From Balanoglossus misakiensis (Eukaryota > Animalia > Hemichordata), in contig CM082577.2 of NCBI GenBank assembly GCA_040954595.2, forward strand, positions 372,001-436,000: DNA of 64,000 nucleotides. Reading direction: 5' to 3'. Of this stretch, positions 47,538 through 60,000 are shown piece after piece. Each line of letters opens with the position of its first letter. The first letter of the stretch is position 1. The notes below the pieces were generated by a model, which searched no databases, was not told the origin of the DNA, and was given only the letters and a program-made list of their open reading frames with translations. Both the position numbers and the translations under genes were made by a program.

Positions 47538-50113
47538 TGAATGAATTTAATGTACTGTGAAATATTGTATTGTGTTTTTTTATCCCCCATTAGCATTTTC
47601 AGACATATAACATCATTTACTCTATTCGCTGCAGCTGAGTAACCAGTCAACAACAGAACAGTGCCATTATGAAGGACACAATCTAATTACACATTTTGTG
47701 TTGTACTTACACACTGACAAATGTGTGGAAACATGGTAATTGTATTTACCAGTCATTGCCCTTCCTAACCTGATCAAACCCTCTAACCTAATCATCCCCC
47801 CTGCCAAATCACTCTAAATGGAATTTCCCAAATCTCTTTTTCTTCTGAGCAGACGGGTCCAAATGGGACTTAGGGGTGAACGGTTTAAGTCGTAATCTAA
47901 TAAAAACAGTGGAATGTGAGTAAGAGGATAAAAGTTAATGTTCCACATTGCTCACGTCATGTCTTGTTTGTACCAATTTGTAAGCATTCCCAGAGGAGTG
48001 AAATCAACATCAGAATTATTCATACATGCATATAGCCAGTGATACCAAAATTCTCCGCTGCAGAGAAAATGCAGTTACGCAGATCAAATTTGCAGGAGCT
48101 CTCCACTGAATAGACACAGTCACAGAAAAAAGTCTAACGAACTATTGCCAGTTATCTACTCAGCCGCAATAACACAAATAATGGTATATGGAAATTCGTT
48201 TGTTGGAATTTAAAATTATTCTGATAGTTAATAATTCAGCAAAATTCAATAAAAAAGTCATTACTCACAATAAACTTCTGTAAACTTAGAAGGAAAAATA
48301 TCCAAAGACAAACAAAAGGGACTGGCTGATTAAAAATGTTGACAACTTCATTGTTATGTCAACTGAGACAAAGAAGATGAAGTTTTGTGTACCTGTGTTT
48401 ATTCTAGTGCAATTGAAGTCTGTGCAAAGACTCTGCCTTTCTATAAAACTATAACATCTTCAAGTTATACAGTGCAGGCACAGAGAAACAGACAATTGGG
48501 ATTTGCATGCTTCACCAGGTTCTGGGTATTGCTATGATATCGTTGCCTCCCTGATGGCGACATGTCGCATCCAACCGTGTCTAGTTTGAGTGTTTTCATC
48601 TTTTATTTGATGTAAAACTATGACATAAAACAAAACAGACAGTTTCAGCCTCCGAGCGTTGATATCACATAGGTGATAAAGCGCGAACTTCCAACTCTTC
48701 CGCAACAGGGGAAACCCTGCGATGATTCACACTTCAAACCTGTCTCCGGCGAGAACACATCTTACATCCTGCAGGGCTCCCCGAGGGCACTCTTTAAAAG
48801 AGTACATTACGTCACTTCGTCACTTGACGTTTGCATTCACTTTCCTTTGAGAAAACAGTGAATTTGTCAAAACTGCGCAAACACCCACGATTCCATATTT
48901 TAATCAATAAATATCACTCTTTAACATTAGTGACTTTTTGGTTCACAGACTATCGTTGCACCATAAATATTTCTTAATATCGACACGTGTACATTAGGCA
49001 AATTTTGCATGCACACACCAACTGCACACTTTCCCAGCTTATGCTAGAGCAACAAAAAGGGATAGACCAAGAATACTACATAGCGTCTACCAATACCATT
49101 AGAATTAGATTCAAGACCTGCACACGCCCCCAAAACGACGTCATATGATCTGACAGCATTCTAGAGCATTATCATTTCTGTCAAATTGCGACAGAAAAAC
49201 CAGTTCAGTCAGAGCACTAATGGAATGGCACAATTTTTTACCTGCCTAAAGGACTGCAAAATAATCTGAAGCTTAGAGGCCACAGCACAATAGTTTCAAT
49301 GCATCATGCAAATAAACATAGTGCAAACTGATGATTAACTGTCTGTATTATTTTCAAACCCTTGCTTCCATTATAAAACTTGCCACTATATTCTGATTGC
49401 CTATCATAACCAGGCCATTTCTTTAAAAGTCACCAATTTAACGTCTCCCTTGCGGCACATTTTACGTACAATTATTAAGCTGATGCCGAACTGCAATTGT
49501 CGGGTCTTTTGGATTTCAGGTTGTAGCATGCATGATGCATCATGGCAGAACCGACTGCATTATTTACATGGAATGAAAAAACTTCACAGGTGGCACAGAA
49601 ACCCATGATCCCGCTTTCATTATTGTTCCGTTTGGGCAAATTGACTTAAGTAATTTATAGGCAATGCATGGACTGGGCTGATAGTGTGTCAAAGGATTAC
49701 CATAAAATTATTTCTTGAAGTTTTGCAGACCTTCTTGAAAATTTCATATTGAGAAACTTTTTTTTCAACACAACATATACGGTACGGTTATGAATTGTCT
49801 CTGCTGTAAAAAAACTACAGAGCACCAGTAAAAAAAAAATCTTTGAAGTTTGAGTATAAACATCATTCTGAATGTTGAACTATAGGGGGCGCTAATATAC
49901 ACAGGTACAAATATAACTTGAGGCCAAATCACTATGTTCCCTGTTTTCGTGTCCAGGCGTCGAAGAAAACACACTCAACTTTTTTTCATTTTGAAGCTTT
50001 TTTCATGACCAATACAGTGGCACAAAGGTCAAAGCCAAGCAATCACTTTCTGTTTGTAGTATTACAGAGAAGCAGTTATGTGTAACTTTGTGCATACACA
50101 TGTAAACCAAACT

Positions 50114-50283
50114 TGCAAATGACCGATTTCTGCACAAGTATAATAGAACGTTCATTTTCGATATAGTTGCCTAACACCTTATATAGCTTTTGGTAAAATT
50201 TATCGAGAAAAAAAAACATCGGAAAAAGGGTCAGAAAATAAAGCGGTCCCAGAAACGCCCGCAAAATGTGTTTGTTTCAGTGT
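50114..50283 (+). repeat. Dispersed repeat copy 2 (block order A-B)
   Basis: tgcaaatgaccgatttctgcacaagtataatagaacgttcattttcgatatagttgcctaacacc...gggtcagaaaataaagcggtcccagaaacgcccgcaaaatgtgt is shared with 47321-47537. Confidence 0.85.
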
Positions 50284-51659
50284 AAATTAAGTTTTTAGAA
50301 CAGAAAAATTATTTAGTATTAATTTGCCTACTAGAAGTTACACATGTCACTTAATCTTATATGACGGGGTGAAAAGGTCTATGGTTCCTGTAAGTCAGTC
50401 CCATATGAAAATTATTCAGATATTTCATCCTTTAACCATTTCTGTATGAAACTGTGCCAGCCATTTCAATCAATCAAGTTTTTCAGTATTTTATCTTTCT
50501 CTGTTTAGTACAGGAAAACTAACATCAGAGCGGGAAGCAGGTGAACGGTAGTTTCTTTGAGAAACCCATCAATTAAACTGACTGCACCCATCAGACTGTT
50601 GTTGAGAGTTAACTAATTGAATTTCCAAGAAAACAGCAAAGGCAGGGGACTGCATGAACAATTTCCTGTCCTGTGATATTCAAATGATTTCCAAACTTAA
50701 TCGTTTTTTTACATCACTGAAGTCTTGTAACACCCTTCCTTTGCTTGTTAATAACCTGGAAATTCCATAGAAAATTGAAAATGGATTGGGGAAAAAAAAT
50801 TGATTCTACACAGAGGAAATCAAGTGAATTAAATTGTGAAATATGGCTGTCGTGTACGTATGCAAATTAATAACAAAGCCACTTTTGAATTTAAAGAATT
50901 CCAGAAAGAGGCAAGACTCAGACAGTCAATAAATATATAATCCGGTTGTGTACATACAATAGTTGAAGGTTTTTGACCCCAGTGGGGAAAATGCCTCATG
51001 GTTCTGTGTACATAATGAATATGTGTTATTATGTAGAGCACCATGCTATGAATCAAGCTACAAGCCAAGAGAAGGCTAACAAACTACTACATATGTACAT
51101 GAAAAGTTGGCATTTAAAAAAATAAAATCAATGAAAATAGTAGAATTAAGAATCTGCAGTCGATACACACAACAACTACATGGGTAAAGTCTGTGAGCGA
51201 GATGGCAATTCTTGATAATGAGATGAAAAAACGAGATAGCACCGTAATAAGCTAAATTTGAGATGTATCTTACTTTAACTATCAGTCATGCAACTGAAAA
51301 TTTTCAGGGAAATATCAATTTCAAAAATTGAAAATTCAGTTTCAGAATTATAAAAATTAAGCATATTAAATCCTGAAAACTCTAAACTTACTTTTAAAAT
51401 CAGCAGATTATCTGCAATGATTTTTTATAGTGTTTTTTTTCTAAGTGTATGGGCATTCTTCAGGAATATCTTCAAAATTGCCTTTAAGATATACAGGGCA
51501 GAATGTAACTTCAGGCTCAATCACCCTCCACATTCTGGCCTCAACCAAGCAGAATCTCAATCACAACATCAACAAATCAACCGGAATGAAAGCCAGAGAA
51601 GGAGAGAGTAAGAGAGGGAAAAAAAATTGACGGATAGAGACGGGCTTGGAAAGACTAAC

Positions 51660-51784
51660 CTTACAGCGGAGAATATATCCGTGCTCATTGCTGCCTTGGG
51701 TGACAAGATATGGGCGCTTAACGGACAACTACAATTACTTTCACGTCCAGATTGCGAGGTAATGAAGGACTGCATGACTATCAT
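51660..51784 (-). CDS. BAIAP3: Candidate alternative first coding exon (1B)
   Basis: ORF MIVMQ...KAAMSTDIFSAV ends AG|gttagt (phase 2, gives ...SAVR|VQEADG); a shorter start at ATG 51688 is possible; locally CpG-rich. Confidence 0.55.
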
Positions 51785-52030
51785 GCTGATTGTCGACTTG
51801 ATGTGTCTTGAGCAACTAACGTGTCAATAACACATCAGGTTAAAAGGGTCAGAAAACCTCACCGTTACTGCACAGACTTTAGATTACTTAAGAAACTGGC
51901 TCGTAAACCCCCTCGTAGTTTGCATCACAACAGAGGCTTTGAACAGCCATAAATGAATGCAATAAATATTCAAGAAAGCTTAATCACCTTATGATATAAA
52001 GCAGTGTACATCACATAATCATATACCATT

Positions 52031-52084
52031 ATCATATCATATCATATCATATCACATATCATCATGCATCACATGATATCATAT
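52031..52084. repeat. (ATCAT)n microsatellite
   Basis: atcatatcatatcatatcatatca... Confidence 0.8.
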
Positions 52085-55000
52085 TTTCAAATCTTACAAA
52101 GTACAATAAAAACGGAAATCACAGCTTTAAAAATATCTTTACTGGGATATTTCCAAAAAAAGAGAGACACTCAGACAGACACTGAGACAGAGACAGTTTT
52201 ATCACCAGACTAATCTCAGAAAGCAACTACCGCTAAAGCTTGCAGATTTAATTGCAAAGTACGGAATTCGCTCCCATCCTTCACGTCATCACTCAAGTCG
52301 GTGACACGTGATTGCAGGGATGAAAACACAAAACACATCTTTCTGATTCAGGTGCATCCTGCGATCTGCATCCTACATCCTGCCACACTGACTTCCGCTG
52401 ATGTCAATCAGGTCATTCAACTTGAGGTTATCATTTCAAGGCATATGTAATAAGTATCTGACATGCATGTATGCATGCATGTAAACAAAGAAAACCTTTT
52501 TATATATTTTGGTATCAAAGATTTAAATGGTATATATTTTTAGTGACAGCGCCCTCAACTTTCAAAGAATGTGGCACTCCTGTTTTCAGAGTACACACTA
52601 TCTCAAAGTGTTATTGTTTGCTGCAAAAGATTTCTTTAAATTAAAAATTCAATTATCTTTAAATTGTAAATAAAGTCACATGGAAAACTTTACCTGATGT
52701 CAGGAAAGTTCTAACAAGAGTCACTGCACAATATCTACATCCCTTTTGATCAAAACCACTGGTATGCTTGAGCAAATTTAGTAAGATGAAATTCATAAAT
52801 CTTGCAAACAAATTACCTTTCAGGGTGAATACAAAAATGTCATCTTTTCATGTTGTTGATACACATCTGTTAGAAACGGCTCCCGACCCGAGCCAGTTTG
52901 TTTACCTCTGGGCTATTTTTTCCTGCATCAGTTCAGCAGCTAATGGACTCATAAATTAATTTATGAGCAAGTAGAATGCTCGGCGCCGGTACATCATGTG
53001 AATGCCACATGATCAATCTCCTTTCTCTGGGAAGCCTTGACATGATTCATCACAATGCACAAGCTTGTCTCAATGTTCTATCTCCTTTGAAAAACACTTC
53101 CTCAGAAAAACAAAAGCAGACTGCCAGTTTGCACTTGCAGCAGGTGGCACCCCGACTCAAAGAAACTCAGACATCATCAAGTTACTAAGCTACATATTTC
53201 ACTAAACAACACAATTCTATAAGATATTAAAATTAAGGCAATGAATGTACCGGTACATGAACTTCATAATTTTAACCTGTTTTTATTAGGCCAGAAGATG
53301 AGTCTTTTCACACTTTTTTTGTGATTTAAGCTTCAAACAAAATATATGCCATGTACATGTATTGCTCCTGAAACTTTAGCATTGTATTCATGCTCAATGA
53401 AATTAAACTGACCCTACAATATGAGGAAAATTTGTGATTGGACTCGACGTTCGTAAAACATAAAATTGTGCACATGCAAGCTGGATGACAGTGTCACTTT
53501 CAATGACAGATTTAACTTCTTAATTTGAGCCAGGAGAAAGACACGGATATACAAGCATGCAGGGCAAATGAGCAGGTGATAGCAGAGACTTATACTTAAT
53601 CTGACTGCATTCGTGTGCTTGAAGTACATGAGGCTCTAGGCACGTTGTAGATAAGGATGATGAACACACAAGCCAATGCTGAAAGACACCTGAGGCCAAA
53701 TGCACATGACTCCCTTTGCTCTCAAACGTGATCAGCTGCACATTCACACACAGACATGAAAACATCACGTTTTTGTCAGCCAACATGGAATCTCTGAAGG
53801 AGTTACCATGCATCTTCCTGACGACTGTTTTTAATGATACAGAGCTTGAAGATCGTCGGTAAATGGAAATGATCATGCTCAGAATTAGAAAGCCACAGTG
53901 AATTTACACCATGCATGTTCGCCCAGAAAGACTTCTTACAGAAAGGGCAATTTGGAATTGCACAACAGGGTATACATGTAATTCCTTTATAAAAGTAGAA
54001 AAGAAAAACACAAGAGGCACAAACAACATTTATAAACAACCTATGTTGAAGGTGATTCAAGACTATTGTGTAACATAACAGCATTATACAAAGTGATTGG
54101 ACATCACTGTCTTGGACGGGCATATTTGCTCATTTGTATTCCCCAGTCATAAAGCTCAAACAGTGAAAATTGCTTGTTTGTAAACACATCTAAATTTTAC
54201 TGACTTCTGTTATCAGGAAAGTACGCTTCAGTTACTAATTGCACAGTCAGGTGCAACGACAGCGACACCTTCGAGATAAAAACTCTCCATGACTAGTCTG
54301 CCTATGGCTAGGGTTTATGATTTACAATTCATAGAACGTTACTGTCTATCAGACTGGGCATAAATGTATTCCCAGATTGCTGCTTCATACAGCTTGTTAT
54401 TGTTTGGGGTCGTGGGATCACAGTTCTACGTGACAAGCTAGGCTGAGAATTGGTGCAGATGGTGACTGCAGTAAAGTCAATGTAACTCATCCAACCCATC
54501 AATTTTAACACAGACTTCAGATTTGGCTATTTGAAAATGATGTATGGTAGATAACATGCTGAAAAGTATTAGTCTGTTGAACAGAAAAACTAGCAACATT
54601 TACTTCATATGTACAGACATGGCTGCAATTGCCCACGAAATAATCTCAAAAGCAAAGGGCATAAGCCTTTGCAGTGAAGTGAAACCCATTCAAATCTAGC
54701 ACTGCTCATTACTGCAGGATTCCGTGGGCAAACCTGGCAAGTTGACAATGCTTTGGATCTTGCTTAGGTCAAGTTATTAATGTGCAAATGAGAGCAGTCA
54801 GCCTGTGTTAGCCCTTAGGACACGAGCGGTGTTGATACTCGAGGTATACAGCTTCAAGGGCTAATGTACGTGGCCGGCAGATACGTACACCTCTCATCCA
54901 AACACCAATCAATCACAGGTAGTGATGCAAATGCCCTTTTTTTGAAGGAAAGTCGACTCGATATTCAAACCTGGCCCATGCACAGTTATAGTACAAATTG

Positions 55001-55289
55001 CAAATGACAAGACCTCAACTTTATAAGGTCCTAATTCAACTTTACACTTAACAGTTGACAACTATTGAGTAAGAGATAATGACTAGATTTTTAACAAATA
55101 ATGATATCCATTTATGCAGAGCATAATACTACTTTTATCAGTCTGTATTTAGTAGATCAAGGATGTCGACATTTTGGAGAAGTCTGCTGCCAAAAGTTAT
55201 CAAAAGATATCACATTATTTTCCAGCTTTACAAGATCAACGCTTATCAGTTCTCATATCAATATATGTTGAAAAAGAAATAATAAAATA

Positions 55290-55306
55290 ATCATTATCAT
55301 CATCGT

Positions 55307-55336
<30 letters not shown>
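55290..55336. repeat. (ATC)n microsatellite
   Basis: atcatcatcatcatc run. Confidence 0.85.
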
Positions 55337-55338
<2 letters not shown>

Positions 55339-57039
55339 ACAATTCGGGAGACGTTATTTTCTGACACAGTTTGAAGGACATACATGTAGCTGAATCATGG
55401 GCAGAAATCTACTCCAATATCAACTCTCAATCTCAAACCCCACTCCATTAACTCTACATGAGTCAACGCTGCAGTGTTATTGAACCAATTGATAAGCGAT
55501 CTGTGTTTCTGTAGGTACGCCACCAGCTGTTGCTGACATCTGAAGTCGGGCTGTCGCCATGCATCTTTTCTTTCCGCCATCTCTCTCAAGGACCCACATA
55601 GAATTTCCAGTTCCTTTTCTCTGAATAGCCAATCTTTGTGACATTTTGTCATGGAACTACACATCTCATTCATGTTACGTGGGAACTACCTGGAAATCCG
55701 GTCAATGATATATCAAGTCGCAGACAATATAGGTGACTGCCGGCTGGCAAAGTTTCTCTACCTTTCGAACTCATTTCGATTCTCTTTCAATGGACAAAAT
55801 ACAGCTATCTTTTTTCTTCAGGCCAAATCAAATATCTCGTCTGGTTCAGTTACCAGTATATTGATAAAACCACTGGATGGGTCAGCTTGCAATTTTTTAA
55901 AAATATTTTTGTCACTTTTTAATCAAATTAGAATGGGACAACATCAGTGTGATCAAATTGTGTTTTTCGAGAATCATATAGTGTTCTGCTATAAAATGAA
56001 AATAAAAAAATGTCCAGGCAGCTTCATTCATGAATGGTATAAACACATCAGCTTTTCCCAAAATGTGCATTTGTTGATCAGCAAAATGGCAGTAAATACT
56101 ATCATCTATGGCATGCTACTGCAACGGATATTAAGATAGTGATTGCGGCAACCCACAAACACCATCCTGTTTTCAACCGCTGAACTCATTCTCCTTTGAA
56201 ATTCCAAAGAAAACGCCTCCAAAAATCAATTTTCCAGGAAAGACGGCAACAGCCGTGCTATTAAAATCAATATAGGTCCTTCTCAGGTCACTCACGGTTC
56301 TTTCAAGCCGAGCATTATTGATTACTAATCAATACACATTACATTCCATATTTCATAAGGCATACAACAGGTTAATAGGGATATTACCGACAAACAAATC
56401 AGAAAATCAAAATCACTCTTCACTGAGTTTCAGATGGGCAGCTGCACCAAGATTCCTTGACGTAAGTTGCTCAGAACTTTTCTGCCCAGTGTTTTCATGT
56501 CTTTACAGAATTATTAACAGAACAGGAGTTTATCAGAATAGTGTGATCAAGATTAAAACTTAATATCCTGTCACCACCATCATCCAGTCCAAACCCACTG
56601 TTTCCTATCGTAAAGTTTTCTTTGATTTACTTATATTATGGGTATGTCTCAAGCTAAAAAGTTCTATGTATGGTTCATTGGTTCACCATATAAACAGTCA
56701 ACCATTCTCCCAATTCATTCACAAGACTTCAAGTCACCTGTGAGGGCAGTCTTCATGTCACACTCAAGGGTCCAGATGTGAAATGAAATAATCCCGGAAA
56801 TGTTTACCTTTTTTCAATTCCTGCAGTTGCAAAATAAGTTATATCCTTGCCGAGCACACAAGGCAAATGTCAACACAAATGCTGTTTCCAAAGACGGATG
56901 CTTTACTACTAATGTCTCCTTTGAATTATTGATGAAGTGAATACTTTGAAAAATCTATCGTTACTTAGTCTTTTAAAATACCGGTAGATGCTGACATTTC
57001 AGATCAAAAGCGCAGGTTGTCATCAATAACTCCCACGCG

Positions 57040-57072
57040 CACACACACACACATACATACATACATACATAC
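57040..57072. repeat. Compound (CA)n(TACA)n microsatellite
   Basis: cacacacacacacatacatacatacatacatac. Confidence 0.85.
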
Positions 57073-60000
57073 AAACACACTTGCATGTGTAATTCAAGAC
57101 ACCAGAGAGAGTACACAGAATTTTCATCAAATCCCAGATCAAGAGCTGATAAAATTTCAAACCCAAGCTTTTACGGCATATCTTTTTTGTACAGTGGTGA
57201 TATGGTTTTAAGAAAATTTTCTCAATGGCGCAAACCATTATGATTGAATAAAACTGGAATATTCAGGTCAAATATTCCACCAACTCAGTATTTTTCTAAG
57301 AGATGAAAAGAGAATGATATCCACGGCTGTTTCAGAAATCAATATTATCGTCTCTGCACAGCTATAAAACTATAATTCTGAGTTCGACTTGTATTACAGC
57401 CAACAGCAGTAAATGTATAAATCATTCATTGCCTGCTGCTGAATAAGTTAACCTATATGCAGCCAGTTTGTAACTAAACCGGTACAACCCAGGCAGACAA
57501 ACATTTGCCTTTTTTATTATTTACTCACTTGTAAAATAAGACCATAAAAGAAGTCAAGTTTAGATGCCCATCATGGGGTTACAATTCCTAAGTACTTTTA
57601 ACTGTAATGAACATGAGCAACTCAACCAACTCTGAACTGTACATGGCCATGCATGATCATGCTGAAAAGACCTGTCGAGTTTTGTAAATGATCTCTAGAG
57701 GACTCTACTCGGGGTGATGATTCATCAAGCTAATGAAGTTCACCCACGCGTATGTAGTTCATACTGGGGTTGTTTCTATTGATTGTTTTAATTCTGCTAT
57801 GATCCTCTTATTCCGAGCCCACCTGGGTCACGTACATGAACTTATGTGCATTGTGGACCTCGCCAGTATCATCATTGTGTAATTCTATACAACATATTTA
57901 CTATTATTGACAATCAGAATCTCCTTCAGTCTCATGCAGACACTGTCCTAGCTCAGTCAAAATAGTCTGACTGGACTTACAAGGAAGTTGAGATCTGATT
58001 CATTAGTCTGTATTGCTTTAAAGTGCCATTTATCCACACCATTAAGTCTCTTAATCTGGACCTGATCTATATGTCAACATTTTCATCTTCACATACTTGG
58101 CACACAAGTCACAAACTTGCGCTTTACAATGACGACAAAATGCAGCCCTGTACCTTTACCCACGTCACTACAAATCATTGCCACCTAGCAATTAACCTCT
58201 TGTGACTGACTGCATGAGAATACATTTTTGTAATTCTGCTTTAACGCTGCTAGAATCCCAAGACAAACCACTGACTCCTTCAGACACCTTCCTTTTGGGT
58301 TGATAGTACATGTACATGTTGTATGTACCTTGAAAATCAAAGTCTGAAATGTTTTCTTATATTGCGTTCAGCAATTAACTATAAATCATTCTCTCTTAAC
58401 ATTGAGAATAAAAATGGGGCTGGTAGTCAATGTGCAAAAATTTGAATGAGTGGGATAAATTGTCACAAATTTGACATTAAGGCCACCATTGTCTGCATTA
58501 ACTGTGTGGAGAAAAATTAAAGTTGTGATTTTCATGAAAACAAGACAGCGAAGACCCTGATTTCTTCTGTGTTTTCAAAAAGACTCCTCACACACCTTTA
58601 CAGAGCAAAGAATGGAAAGGTTTGGAGGACTATCATTTTTCAGAAAATCTTTCCCCGAGGTGCTTTCCACCTTAAAATTTCTTCATGTTCCTATTACAGG
58701 TTTTTTCTCTTTGCAAATGCAAATACACAATACGCGGCAGATACATCAAAGAATCTTCCCTGGGTGACTGAGATCAAGTTTCTGAATTACACACCATTTA
58801 ACCCAACTGCTTTTTCTCATATTACTTTTCTCTCAATCATTTTTCGCCTCTTTTCTTGCAATCTACCGCGCCATTAATCTGCCCACATAATTGCCAGGAG
58901 AAGACCCTTGAAATTACTGCATCACATGTGAAATTACATCATGTGAAAAGTTATATGCAGATGGCCGGGTTGCAGTCCCCTTCTCAGAATCAATCATTCT
59001 TCATGGGAGACAGGGATTACATGTTTATACCTCGGGCATTCAAAAATTGATGTTCCCAAACCTTACAAGAGGAGACAAACATTTCTTATACAAATTTGAC
59101 TTACAAAATTGCTTATCTTTTATTGATTTTACTTTCCCCAGACCCTGGTCTAGTTGCTTAAACTTTTTTAATTGACTGGTACATCATGATATCTCAAACT
59201 GTCATCTTTCAGACAAAATATCAAGCATCACAAGGCAAATGCTAACTGATGCACAAGCTGTGTTGCAAATAGTGAACATCTACAACCTCGTAAAACACAG
59301 TACACTTCATGTGCGTATCTGACAGCTATTCAAACAGAAAACGTGATGAAGTACATGTAGATAGAGTGTGGACAAGTCATGCCTAATGTCTTTTTAGTTG
59401 TCACCCTGCTTTATATTCAAACAATGCACACTCCTTGCATAAGTTGCAAGAAGAGATATTGGGGGTATAGGGATAGAAGTATTGCAATTACAGGTCTAGA
59501 GTATTATAGTATCACTAATTAAAAAGATACTGACGGGTTTTTCTGTTGTTTTTGTTTTTATTGTTTTACTTATAATATAGACAATAATAACAATTAAAAA
59601 AAAGCATTTTTCATATAACTACATGTAGGAAGAATGCCAGCTAGCCAGGTGTTCTCAACAGTATCAGCGTGTCAGCTGTTTATTGGAAAGGTCTAAAAAC
59701 CGAATTCAGTCTAGATCTGTTCTCTATGTAAAACGATAAAGAAACACACACACTAACAGGAATTGCCTGAAGCACACAGTATTATTTGAATGCAAGAAAA
59801 TAATGGAATGACAACAGTGTAAATGCATCATATGAAATGATATATTAACACAGACGATAATGATGTAATGCGAACTCCGAGGTGCCTGCATGAATTTTAC
59901 AGAACCAGCGATTCTGATGTACCTAGACATGCACTCACACCGTATATAGCTTCAGGCTATACATACAGACCATCATGCTCTTATTCACTGGTTAAGACTG

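Noticed and set aside
55501-55520. AG|GT recursive-splice-like site (tttctgtag|gtacgc)
   Set aside because: It is on the + strand, whereas the host transcription unit is on the - strand.
55395-55673. 92-aa - strand ORF (MNEMCSS...) as a first exon or small gene
   Set aside because: No convincing phase-2 donor and no recognisable family; cannot be supported without expression data.
55651-56139. 162-aa + strand ORF
   Set aside because: Composition typical of a random AT-rich frame; no domain, no transposase or RT motif, no splice context.
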